Assembly: GCA_038874595.1 (NCBI GenBank)
Contig: JAVZCB010000001.1
Coordinates: 32,001-96,000, forward strand
Reading direction: 5' to 3'
Length of the DNA stretch: 64,000 nt
Source of the DNA: Candidatus Micrarchaeia archaeon
GTDB taxonomy: Archaea; Micrarchaeota; Micrarchaeia; CAILAH01
The translations under genes were made by a program, and so were the position numbers. Shown in pieces: positions 1-8,912 of the stretch (positions within the stretch are counted from its first letter, which is position 1; each line of letters begins with the position of its first letter). The notes beneath the pieces were generated by a model. It saw only the letters and a program-made list of their open reading frames with translations, did not search any database and was not told the DNA's origin.

Positions 1-572
1 AACCCTAGTATATCATTACCCTCCATCTCAACCGTCCCATATTCAGATGCTAAACTGCTTTCTCTTACTGCTATGGTTGCCACCTTGCCACTTCTCTCGT
101 GCTGTAGCACCATTGAAGGCAAATCAAATCCAAATAAAGAATCTGCATTTGCAACAATAAACGTTAGCCCAACAAGCTGGCGGCAGCCATGCAATGCACC
201 TGCAGTGCCAGATGGTTTCTGCTCAAGGAGGTAGTATATCTTCACATTGAATCTGGAGCCGTCACCGAAATATTCGCGTATGCGCTGCTCCTTTGAGTCT
301 AGTGTTATAATAAACCTATTTATGCCATACTGTGCCATCCATTTGATAAGAGATTGCAGGACGGGGTGGCCGTTGTGCAATCGCATTGCCTTTTCCTCGC
401 CTTTGGGGCCGCCTGCCAGTATAACAGCGGTGGTAACATTGCCCCTGAGCGCTTTTCTTAGGAGAAGCTCAATGGCCTGAGAACGGCTACGCACTTCCTT
501 TCCATCAATAGTGCGTTCTACCTCTCTGAGCAGCTGTGGGTCTATTGAGATTGCTATTTTTTCCTGTTTCAT
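1..572 (-). CDS. CopG/RHH DNA-binding domain fused to a sugar-phosphate nucleotidyltransferase-like domain (3' end runs off the window)
   Basis: Hand translation: MKQEKIAISIDPQLLREVERTIDGKEVRSRSQAIELLL (RHH pattern), then TAVILAGG...YFGDGSRFNVKIYY..EQKPSGTAGAL..FIVANADSL (NTP_transferase motifs). Not in the ORF track. Confidence 0.8.
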   Translation of the reverse strand, partial: MKQEKIAISIDPQLLREVERTIDGKEVRSRSQAIELLLRKALRGNVTTAVILAGGPKGEEKAMRLHNGHPVLQSLIKWMAQYGINRFIITLDSKEQRIREYFGDGSRFNVKIYYLLEQKPSGTAGALHGCRQLVGLTFIVANADSLFGFDLPSMVLQHERSGKVATIAVRESSLASEYGTVEMEGNDILG

Positions 573-645
573 ACCAGGTATTACTAAACGATGTAAGATT
601 TATAATACTTTCTAGCATAATAGTATACAAGCGCCAGTTCATCAA

Positions 646-999
646 TCACCTTCTATTTTTCAATTGTGAGTATGCTTGTATTGACTCTTTCATTGTCCAT
701 ACTGCATATGCGGTAGCAAAAAGAAAGAATGCGATTGCAATCTCTTCAACAGGGTCCCACGGGAACCACGGCAGTGCCGAAAGCACCCTGATAACCATAA
801 TTCCAGCCATTATGAGGAATGCATATGCAAGGAATCTCATAGTGCGTGAAAGGCTTCTCCCTTGAAGTTGGATTGCATATTCGATCAGTGATTTTGCAAT
901 TATGAGTGCAATAAGCATATTGATAAGCTGCATTGCAAGCAGAAGCGGCTGGTTGCTGTAAATTCCAATTATGGTATTTATGAGCTGGTCGCTTACCAT
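646..999 (-). CDS. hypothetical multi-pass membrane protein
   Basis: 117 aa with about 3 hydrophobic helices; TATA-like box upstream. Confidence 0.7.
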   Translation of the reverse strand: MVSDQLINTIIGIYSNQPLLLAMQLINMLIALIIAKSLIEYAIQLQGRSLSRTMRFLAYAFLIMAGIMVIRVLSALPWFPWDPVEEIAIAFFLFATAYAVWTMKESIQAYSQLKNRR

Positions 1000-1038
1000 A
1001 TGCCTAAATCACGGTGAAATTATATAAACAAGCAAAAA

Positions 1039-1228
1039 TGCCAAGGGGGGGATTTTCAGGACGCTAGTTATAAGCCCCTTTGAACCCCCGACTTCCAGAT
1101 TGCCCAGAAACGCCTTATATATCATCGCACGTTTAAAGTGCTCATAACTCACAAGACACGAAAGGGACCGGAGCCCCCAGCCCTTTTCTTATGAGTCTGG
1201 CGCTCTAGCCAGGCTGAGCTACCTTGGC
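1039..1228 (-). tRNA. tRNA-Met(CAU), elongator, with two introns (37/38: 1101-1189, 89 nt; 59/60: 1053-1078, 26 nt)
   Basis: GCCAAGG/CCTTGGC acceptor stem; CCAGA-CTCATA..A-TCTGG anticodon arm; BHBs CUCA/UGGG with UAA and CAA bulges, and UUCA/UGAA with AAG and AAU bulges. Confidence 0.92.
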
Positions 1229-1300
1229 ATTATAGGTGAGCTATTTCTTAATAAGAAAGTATTTAAAGGGTTAATAGCAATGTATATTGGGTGCATATTT

Positions 1301-3133
1301 ATGGTCAATGGAAAAAAGGTGATTGGGACACCAAAACTCACACTCACAAAAGAACAAATGGATGCGCTTAATGATTTTGCTGACGAGATAGAAAAGATAG
1401 ACCTTAAGCCAATTCCAAAAAAGCGATTATGGAGAGGTCACCATTATATGGGTGGTGCGAACGGGGTCATAAGCGACCTTGAGCTTAAGAGGCTCAACCT
1501 GCCGAGTGAGATTGAGAAGATGCAGCGGTTTATGAACCTGCTTGTAGATATAAAGTTCCTTTCGGTACAGCAGCTTAACGTCAGTGGGACTTATTCACGT
1601 GCGACGTTTGAGAGCGTGAAATCATTGCAGACAGAGCTTAACAGGTTTCTGGCAGAAAAGAAGAAAGGTGTGTATGTCCCTCCATCACAGGAAGAGAAGA
1701 AGGCAGTGGCAGCAGCCGTTGCGAAAATTGCAAAGAGTGAAGAATCCCTAAAAGGCAATATTTTCAATGCTCCTGAGGGGAAGGAGTTTGAGACCAGGAT
1801 TGGAAAGTTTACCTATAAGGTCAGGATGGGTACAAAATCCAAAGATGGAAACAACCGGGTAGGCTTTGCTGAAGTTTTTGATGAAGACGGTAATAGGCTT
1901 AAGAAAATCGCATTCACGGTTGATAAGAAGACTGGAAAAATTTATGCTGAGGGTACAATGCTTTATAGGATTCTAGTGGATGGCTATATAGGTATTGAGA
2001 CGCTAAGAGCAATGGTTGCATATCTTAAGGAAAAGACCACAATCGAGAAAGAGCTGCCTTTGCCAAAGCCAATACATCTAAGCATGAAAGTTGGGTACTC
2101 CTTTATTCCTGAGCTCATAGCAAACTGGCCCTATGAGAAGGAGGCACTTATTATCATAATAGGAAACAAAACGTTGCAAAAGAATAGTAAGCTGATTGAT
2201 ACGATAAACATGGTGCTATGGAATATGCCCTATGATGCTGAGAAATCCATACGTGAAAATCCTCCTTTTGTTGAAATAGATGGAAAAAGGTATTCTGCAA
2301 CCTGGCAGGGCTTAAGACAGGCATATATGGATGGCGTTGATGTTGACAAATTCCTGAAAGAATGGATAAATGTGCTTAAGAAGAATCCACTTACAAAAGA
2401 CCTGGTGGAGAAAGCTGAGAAAGGAAAATTAAAGAAACCTGATACACCAGTGAATTTCTTTATTACAGGCGAAATGAAGGGAACATTTGAAGGGGGGAAT
2501 ATTGGAGTTGATTTAAGTGATATTTCAGGCCTTTTTGGGCAGGCGAAGAGGAATATCGAGCAGAATTTCAGCGATAATGCGTTTAGGAAGGAGATGATCT
2601 CAGAAGTCAATAGATTACAGGCGATGGTTGAAAATGAGGCTATGAATGTTCTGCACAAGGTTGAGAAAGAGAAAGGCGAGTCTTCAATAAAAGATAGATT
2701 TATAGAAGAGCTTAACAATAATCGAGTGCTGAGAAATAGCATATACTTAATGTATAATTATTTTGGAGAATTGCCTGGGTCACTGAGTTATATCAGGCTT
2801 GATGTTACTTATACTGGGATAAACACAAAAGAAGAGATGCGCCTAAGATTGAAAGAATTCATAGATATTCAGCTCGCCAAAAATAAGAATTTGGTTGAGA
2901 AGACCTTCAAAGATGCTGGTATGTACAATGAAAATCCGATACGCATGGCGGAAAAGTTTATGGATAAATACTGTGTATATGAAGGCGGAAGGGTGCTGAT
3001 AAACCTAGATAAAATCGAATCAAAAGATATGAGGTCTTTTGCACTGCTCTTTAGATGGGAGCTGTATAAGACGCAGATTAATGCGGTGGAAAAAAAGCAG
3101 GAGGAGAAAAAAGCAGTTGCCCAAACAAATTGA
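1301..3133 (+). CDS. large Lys/Glu-rich hypothetical protein with a putative split peptidoglycan-binding (PGBD-like) domain
   Basis: Motifs EIEKMQRFMN, LNVSGTYSRATFESVKSLQ and LVDGYIGIETLRAM; alternative start at 1280. Confidence 0.65.
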   Translation: MVNGKKVIGTPKLTLTKEQMDALNDFADEIEKIDLKPIPKKRLWRGHHYMGGANGVISDLELKRLNLPSEIEKMQRFMNLLVDIKFLSVQQLNVSGTYSRATFESVKSLQTELNRFLAEKKKGVYVPPSQEEKKAVAAAVAKIAKSEESLKGNIFNAPEGKEFETRIGKFTYKVRMGTKSKDGNNRVGFAEVFDEDGNRLKKIAFTVDKKTGKIYAEGTMLYRILVDGYIGIETLRAMVAYLKEKTTIEKELPLPKPIHLSMKVGYSFIPELIANWPYEKEALIIIIGNKTLQKNSKLIDTINMVLWNMPYDAEKSIRENPPFVEIDGKRYSATWQGLRQAYMDGVDVDKFLKEWINVLKKNPLTKDLVEKAEKGKLKKPDTPVNFFITGEMKGTFEGGNIGVDLSDISGLFGQAKRNIEQNFSDNAFRKEMISEVNRLQAMVENEAMNVLHKVEKEKGESSIKDRFIEELNNNRVLRNSIYLMYNYFGELPGSLSYIRLDVTYTGINTKEEMRLRLKEFIDIQLAKNKNLVEKTFKDAGMYNENPIRMAEKFMDKYCVYEGGRVLINLDKIESKDMRSFALLFRWELYKTQINAVEKKQEEKKAVAQTN

Positions 3134-3135
3134 GT

Positions 3136-3396
3136 TTACAATTCTTTTTTTAACCATTCATACTGCGGTTTTAATTGTGTTTGGTTATAATAATATATTG
3201 AATCATTTACGAGCCACAGGTCGGTGCTTTGCATTGTTTTTATGGTGCTTGAATAATCCTGGAACTGTAGGTAGTAATGGTTGGTTAATAGCACAATCAA
3301 TAGGAGAAGCATAAGCAGTGATAGTGCCGGCTCCAAAGATATTATAAATCCACGTTTGCTTTCTGATATACCTACGTTGATTCTGTAAGTTCTCAA
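3136..3396 (-). CDS. pilin-like protein (class III signal peptide)
   Basis: KRG|FIISLE followed by a hydrophobic helix; TTG start after GAGGTG (ORF open to 3420). Confidence 0.6.
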   Translation of the reverse strand: MRTYRINVGISESKRGFIISLEPALSLLMLLLLIVLLTNHYYLQFQDYSSTIKTMQSTDLWLVNDSIYYYNQTQLKPQYEWLKKEL

Positions 3397-3397
3397 T

Positions 3398-3763
3398 TCA
3401 GCACACCTCAAGTATTCCAACTTCTTTTATGTCCTTAACATAAACTCCTCGTTTTACGCAGATTAAACTTTGTGGGCCGCCATAGTAATACCCGGATGTT
3501 GTTCTTAATGATACATTTTGTGGCTTTAATGTCTGCAATTTTGCAAGCGTAATCTCGTTGTCCCTCCCTTCAGATAACTGAGATAACACACCATAACTGC
3601 GCGCAATCACAGATGCAATCTGATTGCTTGCTTTTAAGTTATTGTTTGCGCTTGATGTGATTACTGATGCTACATCAGTACATACTACCAGCATAAATAG
3701 CACTAATATAAATGCAATTATCAGGTCAATGTCAAGTATCCCGAGGTTTCTAATCTCCACCAC
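3398..3763 (-). CDS. pilin-like protein (class III signal peptide-like)
   Basis: RNLG|ILDID followed by a hydrophobic helix; probable GTG start (ORF open to 3823). Confidence 0.55.
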   Translation of the reverse strand: MVEIRNLGILDIDLIIAFILVLFMLVVCTDVASVITSSANNNLKASNQIASVIARSYGVLSQLSEGRDNEITLAKLQTLKPQNVSLRTTSGYYYGGPQSLICVKRGVYVKDIKEVGILEVC

Positions 3764-4046
3764 CTTGTCTCTTGTATATCTCAGCTGAAGTGATAACATT
3801 ATTTTCCCTGCAAACGGAAGCATTACCTACTGAGCAGGTTAGGTGCGGGTTGAAATAACCATGCATAATTGTGTATGAATATGCTGTTGCAATCAGTGCC
3901 GTTGATGTTGCGCGTTTTTCCAAGCATGCCATCGTAATTCCTTTTGACTGCTTATCCAAAACTGCTCCAAGCGATGCCTGAAATATTGCAACTATCATTA
4001 TTAATAAGAGAATCCCTATGAGTGCTTCAACACTTATGCTTGTCAT
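3750..4046 (-). CDS. small pilin-like membrane-anchored protein
   Basis: MTSISVEALIGILLL N-terminus with an early Glu and a TM helix; Cys pair; cluster context. Confidence 0.55.
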   Translation of the reverse strand: MTSISVEALIGILLLIMIVAIFQASLGAVLDKQSKGITMACLEKRATSTALIATAYSYTIMHGYFNPHLTCSVGNASVCRENNVITSAEIYKRQGGGD

Positions 4047-4056
4047 AGTTATACCT

Positions 4057-4662
4057 TCATCTTACCTGAATATTTCTAAGTATATCTACATCATATATCT
4101 CGTGTTCTTTATCTGCAATCGTAATGCCTATCGCTGGCATCAGCACAGATAAGTCCTCAGTTGTTTCCAAATTCCCCCTCCCTATATTTATCCTTCCTGT
4201 AACTTGGTCTACAACAATGACAGATGAGCAGGCGTGCATTTCAACTCCAACTCCACGCACGCGTATAACCACCTTATCGTGTGGCTCAAATACTAAAGGA
4301 GGTTTTGTGCTCAGCCCAGCTTTTGCAGATTCAAGCATAAAATCAAGCGATGGGGTAGCTATATATCCGCACCATATATCAATTTTATATTCATTATCTT
4401 GCTCAACAATCGATTCAAAATTCTCAAGTCTTTGCGCGACCTCTTCAATTTTTTTGTAAGGTTCAGTTTCTCTGGTTGGTGTTGTTAGTACATTTTGTAT
4501 GCCACGTTTTATCTTTATCTTTTTATCATAAAATTTTTGGAGGTGATTTGTCTGCTCTTCCAGATAATATGAGGATTTTATTTCAGCATTGTAATACGTA
4601 TATATGACCACAAGAAACTCTGCTAAGAGCATAACAAGCAGGAACGAGAGTATGCCCCTCAC
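4057..4662 (-). CDS. pilin-like / N-terminally anchored protein
   Basis: MRG|ILSFLLVMLL N-terminus; first gene of a 4-gene cluster. Confidence 0.55.
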   Translation of the reverse strand: MRGILSFLLVMLLAEFLVVIYTYYNAEIKSSYYLEEQTNHLQKFYDKKIKIKRGIQNVLTTPTRETEPYKKIEEVAQRLENFESIVEQDNEYKIDIWCGYIATPSLDFMLESAKAGLSTKPPLVFEPHDKVVIRVRGVGVEMHACSSVIVVDQVTGRINIGRGNLETTEDLSVLMPAIGITIADKEHEIYDVDILRNIQVR

Positions 4663-4708
4663 ACAATCACATATGTTTTTAAATTGTCATTCTTTAAAAG
4701 AGTGATAT

Positions 4709-4851
4709 AGCGGGGTAGGGCAGCCTGGAGTGCCCGCCGGGCTCATAGCAGGGAGGTATTCCGTTCCCTGTAACCCTGGTAGTTTTTGTTTCGTAAAAGT
4801 AAACTACCTGGAGAAACCCGGAGGCCGTTGGTTCAAATCCAACCCCCGCTA
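4709..4851 (+). tRNA. initiator tRNA-Met(CAU) with an intron of about 68 nt (4748-4815)
   Basis: A1-U72 (AGCGGGG/CCCCGCT); consecutive G-C pairs in anticodon stem CCGGG/CCCGG; T-arm GTTGG TTCAAAT CCAAC; relaxed BHB, so exact junctions are uncertain. Confidence 0.92.
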
Positions 4852-4874
4852 TTCTTGTTTTTCTAAGTGATCAA

Positions 4875-5465
4875 ATGGGTACTATAATAGGAATAGACCT
4901 TGCAGGTAGTGAGAAAAGAGATAGTGGTCTTGCCATAATGAGAAAAAATGTGTTCATTCATGTTGGAATTGTTCACACAGATAATGAGATACTAAAAATA
5001 ATCAAAGAAGCAAAACCAAAACTGGTTGCCATAGATGCACCGCTCACATTACCTAAAGGAAGGAAAAGTATAAATCAAAAAAATGATGTGCATTTTAGGG
5101 AGTGTGATATACAATTAAGAGAACGTAGGATACGGTTTTTCCCCATAACACTTGGCCCGATGCGAATGCTTACTAAAAGGGGAATAAAATTGAAAAAACA
5201 AATTGAAAAGCAAAGAAGGAGGGTAATTGAAGTGTTCCCGGGCGCCAGCTATGATATATGGAATGTTGAACGAAAAAATAAAGGGAAAATATTAGGATTA
5301 TTCAAAAAGATGGGGTTTAAATTTGTAAAGAGGGTGTACACGCAGGATGAGATAGATGCAATGTGTTGTGCAATAACCGGGCTGTTTGCATTAAAGAAAA
5401 AAGCAACCTCCCTGAATGGAAAAGATGGGTGTATATTTATACCAAAATTATTTTCAAAAGTTTAG
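4875..5465 (+). CDS. DUF429 family predicted nuclease (RNase H-like fold)
   Basis: IIGIDLAG, VAIDAPL, RECD, IEVFPGA and DEIDA motifs. Confidence 0.85.
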   Translation: MGTIIGIDLAGSEKRDSGLAIMRKNVFIHVGIVHTDNEILKIIKEAKPKLVAIDAPLTLPKGRKSINQKNDVHFRECDIQLRERRIRFFPITLGPMRMLTKRGIKLKKQIEKQRRRVIEVFPGASYDIWNVERKNKGKILGLFKKMGFKFVKRVYTQDEIDAMCCAITGLFALKKKATSLNGKDGCIFIPKLFSKV

Positions 5466-5935
5466 TGCTTTTTAAAGGGATTGTACTCAGAACTGTGCTT
5501 GTATGTAGCCAGTATGACATAGGTTGATGTCCTTATAACTCCAGGAGTGTTTTGTATTTTTGCAATTACTTCTGTTAATTCGTTTATGTCTTTCACTTCA
5601 ACAAATGCAATTGCATCGCTCGGCCCGGCAGTTCCATATAACGCAATAAGCTGTGGAATATGCAAAATTCCACTAACTTGCCCATTCTTACCAACGTTTA
5701 AGACATTCACCCCGCGCGTTTTCATCATAATAGCAGCCCGCAGTTTAAGCCCAAGCTTACTGTAATCTATGTCCGCTGAGTATCTCCTTATTACACCTTC
5801 CCTTTCAAGCCTCTTTATTCTTAGCATTACCGTATTTGGATGTGCTTTTAATTTCTCTGCGATCTCCTTGTATGAAAGGTTTGCGTGTTCACGCAATTCG
5901 CGCAATATCCCAATATCTAAATCGTCAACTTTCAT
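5462..5935 (-). CDS. Lrp/AsnC family transcriptional regulator
   Basis: DDLDIGILREL...SYKEIAEKL...RIKRLEREGVI HTH plus RAM domain. Confidence 0.95.
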   Translation of the reverse strand: MKVDDLDIGILRELREHANLSYKEIAEKLKAHPNTVMLRIKRLEREGVIRRYSADIDYSKLGLKLRAAIMMKTRGVNVLNVGKNGQVSGILHIPQLIALYGTAGPSDAIAFVEVKDINELTEVIAKIQNTPGVIRTSTYVILATYKHSSEYNPFKKH

Positions 5936-5944
5936 CAGAGCACC

Positions 5945-6880
5945 TTACCATTCTATATCATCTTCCTCTTTGCTTTCTTGGTTGTTGAGAGCGTATTCTA
6001 TAATGTTCCAACCTCTTGCCGTTTTGTTAAGCAAATATTCCTCTCTCATGTTCTCATCGTCAATTTTTATATTTGTAATCACTTTATACCCACCACATTC
6101 CAACGGAGTATCATCACATTTTTTTTGCATGTTGTTTATGATCTCAAGTCTAATTTCTATATCTCTTCCTATGCCATTTTTAATATCCTCAATAAACTTT
6201 TTATATAGCGTCAAATTCTCATTATTCAGAGAAACTTCAAAACTGCTTGGCTTTTTTTGATACATATTATCTGCAATTATTTTTACACGGCCCTTTTCAA
6301 AGTAAACAAAAATGATATCTTTATTATCGCTATCTACATAGACTTGAGAGTATTGTGCGCTCTTATCATGTAAGTTTATTTTATAAGAAGGGTGAGTAGG
6401 CTTTTTGAATAAAATATCTTCGATGTGTCGGATTTCTATACTCACGTTGCTATACTCGCAAACATATTCTCCAAAAATATACAAATTATTACTTGTAATT
6501 TTGTTCACACAAATAGTATCCTCGTTTATAGAATATACTGCTTGGAGCACTTTTTTATCTTCTTCTGGTAACGTATACATGTAATATATTCCTTTTCCAA
6601 AGAGATACGAATACGATCCAGAGTGGGATAAATCTGTATCAATTATGCTGGAACAACCTGTGTTGATAATTTTGATTTGGGATTCATCATCTATGGATGT
6701 AGTTATAATTCCCTCTGCCATTACAGGCCTGCTCAGGAAAAGAGATGCGGCAATCAACCCGCCTGCAGCAATCTTCTTTAGAGCGTTCTTTGGTTTTAGA
6801 TTGTTGAGTTTATTTTTTACAAAGTCTTTTATCTTACCAATTTTTCCTTTTTCGTTTTCAACTTTTTTTATTTCATACAT
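5945..6880 (-). CDS. secreted hypothetical protein, conserved-leader family copy C
   Basis: Basic N-region then GGLIAASLFLSRPVMAE; AT-rich. Confidence 0.75.
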   Translation of the reverse strand: MYEIKKVENEKGKIGKIKDFVKNKLNNLKPKNALKKIAAGGLIAASLFLSRPVMAEGIITTSIDDESQIKIINTGCSSIIDTDLSHSGSYSYLFGKGIYYMYTLPEEDKKVLQAVYSINEDTICVNKITSNNLYIFGEYVCEYSNVSIEIRHIEDILFKKPTHPSYKINLHDKSAQYSQVYVDSDNKDIIFVYFEKGRVKIIADNMYQKKPSSFEVSLNNENLTLYKKFIEDIKNGIGRDIEIRLEIINNMQKKCDDTPLECGGYKVITNIKIDDENMREEYLLNKTARGWNIIEYALNNQESKEEDDIEW

Positions 6881-6894
6881 ATTTTACCACCTTT

Positions 6895-7866
6895 TCATAA
6901 TCTTGTACCAACAGACCCAAAATCTACAGGTACATCAAATTCTACTGATTTTTTTGAGTATTTTATTGAATGATTGCCAGATAGTGGGTTTATTATAAGT
7001 ATATTTTCATACTCTCTGCTTCCCTCTAAAATCAGTTCTATGTTTCCATTGTTGAATAATATTATAGAATACCTAAGATTTTTGATATACTTTTGCCATA
7101 ACAAACTAGCACTGTTATTGACATTATTGATTTTGTATGCGTATAATTTGTAGCCAGTAGCATTACCCTCTTTATCTTCAAATTTTCTAAGTGCAAAAAT
7201 ATAGTTTTTTGAATTTATTTTAGCACAGTAGATATCCGTAATATATATAGAGTCATAGTTTAAGGATAGTGAGTTGCATTTTTCATTGATTAAACTATTA
7301 AGCAGTGTGTTTTCAAATCCAGCGTATATTTCTTTGTTGTTTTTTGTGAGATACAGGTACAAATTAATTAGGTCTGCTTTATTGCATATTTTTAATGTTG
7401 TTTTGTTTTCGTTTTCATTTTCGTTTTCATTGTTCATCATAAAAACTACATTTTCAAAATTGTTTTTGTCTTCCTCTTGATCATTATTGATTTTTTTGCA
7501 TATGTATTCAGTGTTTTGGTATGGGATTTCAATACGGTTATTGTTTGCATCTTTGAAAACAATCACTTTGATAGGAACATTACTTTTTTCATTCGTATCT
7601 TTTTTTTCTTCGAAGCTTACTTTAACTTCGTTGCGAGGTTCTTCAGCCATCACCGGTTGTTTGAGGAATAGCGATGCAGCCATCATGCCATAAAACCCAT
7701 ATGTTGCAGTTTTTTTCAATTTCTCCTTAATGTTTGCAAACCGTCCGGTGTTTTTTTCTTTTACTACTTTTGCGCCAAGCTTTCCTTTGAAGAACTCTTT
7801 TGCTCCCGCAAAGAGATTTTTTTCCTTTTTAATTCCGATCTTTTTGAATTCATTCATATGCTTCAC
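6895..7866 (-). CDS. secreted hypothetical protein, conserved-leader family copy B
   Basis: Long basic N-region then YGFYGMMAASLFLKQPVMAEE; AT-rich. Confidence 0.75.
   Translation of the reverse strand: MKHMNEFKKIGIKKEKNLFAGAKEFFKGKLGAKVVKEKNTGRFANIKEKLKKTATYGFYGMMAASLFLKQPVMAEEPRNEVKVSFEEKKDTNEKSNVPIKVIVFKDANNNRIEIPYQNTEYICKKINNDQEEDKNNFENVVFMMNNENENENENKTTLKICNKADLINLYLYLTKNNKEIYAGFENTLLNSLINEKCNSLSLNYDSIYITDIYCAKINSKNYIFALRKFEDKEGNATGYKLYAYKINNVNNSASLLWQKYIKNLRYSIILFNNGNIELILEGSREYENILIINPLSGNHSIKYSKKSVEFDVPVDFGSVGTRL
7405..7428. repeat. in-frame hexanucleotide repeat (RTTTTC)x4 encoding ENENENEN
   Basis: gttttc gttttc attttc gttttc. Confidence 0.6.
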
Positions 7867-8725
7867 CTATACCAATTTTTTTAGTGTTAATCGAACTTAC
7901 TTCTTTTTTATTTGTACGATTTACTGCGCTTACATTCGTTTTATCACTATTCAAACACTTACTAATATTGAATGTATGAAAATCCTTTCCTACGGAATAC
8001 TGCAGATTTCCACCATCATAAAGTAGTGGGTCTTCACCATATATGGTTTTATTGCATAGATTTTTGATGTCGTTCTCGGTTTTGTAAACATGCAGGATAT
8101 ATTTCAAAATACTATTTCTGTCTTTTTCTAGTGCCAAAAAATACTTATCCGGTCCTTTTACAAAACATGCTTTATCTACGATGTTGTTGTTTTCTACACT
8201 TTGGCATTCTTCTTTAATCAGCATATCAAATTGGTCCTCGTCATACCTTGTATACATGCTATATCTGAATTGAGATGCTTTGTAGCTATTTGGGGAAGGC
8301 GCATATTTCCCAAGGATTTTCAGCAAGGTCCCAGTATTACATATAAAAGAGGTCACTTCCTGGTTTTGGGATTTTTTCAAAAATATGAGCTGCTCGTTAA
8401 AGGGAACTCCTTTATAATCATAGCATTTTACCATCTCTATATCTTCTGGTATTTTGATTTTCAATAGATACTCTTCTTTATTATTCCCCCTGAAAAAAAT
8501 CAACTCGTTATCATTCTTAGGGTTTTCTCTCACCTGCTCTATATTTAAGTTTTTGTAATTTTCTTCTGCCATTACCGGCGGTTTCATAAAAATAGACACA
8601 GCCATCAAGCCGTAGAGCCCATACTTCGCGGCCTTTTTTGTTGCTGATTTTATTTTTTCGAAAAGGCTTTTTCTTGGCCTATCAATATCAATACTCTCCG
8701 GGTTTTTGTGTTTGATGTTTTTCAT
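7850..8725 (-). CDS. secreted hypothetical protein, conserved-leader family copy A
   Basis: Basic N-region then YGLYGLMAVSIFMKPPVMAEE; AT-rich. Confidence 0.75.
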   Translation of the reverse strand: MKNIKHKNPESIDIDRPRKSLFEKIKSATKKAAKYGLYGLMAVSIFMKPPVMAEENYKNLNIEQVRENPKNDNELIFFRGNNKEEYLLKIKIPEDIEMVKCYDYKGVPFNEQLIFLKKSQNQEVTSFICNTGTLLKILGKYAPSPNSYKASQFRYSMYTRYDEDQFDMLIKEECQSVENNNIVDKACFVKGPDKYFLALEKDRNSILKYILHVYKTENDIKNLCNKTIYGEDPLLYDGGNLQYSVGKDFHTFNISKCLNSDKTNVSAVNRTNKKEVSSINTKKIGIGEAYE

Positions 8726-8912
8726 GATTTGTTATTAGCATGTTAAATTTTATAAACTTTTTTGTTTTTTTTGTGTAAAACCACAAAAAATAAATATTAT
8801 ATTGTAAAAAATAACAAAATCATGTCTAGGTTCAATACATAAAAACGTCGTATTATCTGTCTAAGCATTGCACATTTTACTTGCTTATAAAATAGCACCT
8901 ATATAATTAGTC

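Noticed and set aside
4852-8900. Intact integrated virus or plasmid at tRNA-iMet (likewise at tRNA-Arg(UCU))
   Set aside because: No integrase, replication or capsid genes, and no duplicated tRNA 3' end was seen.
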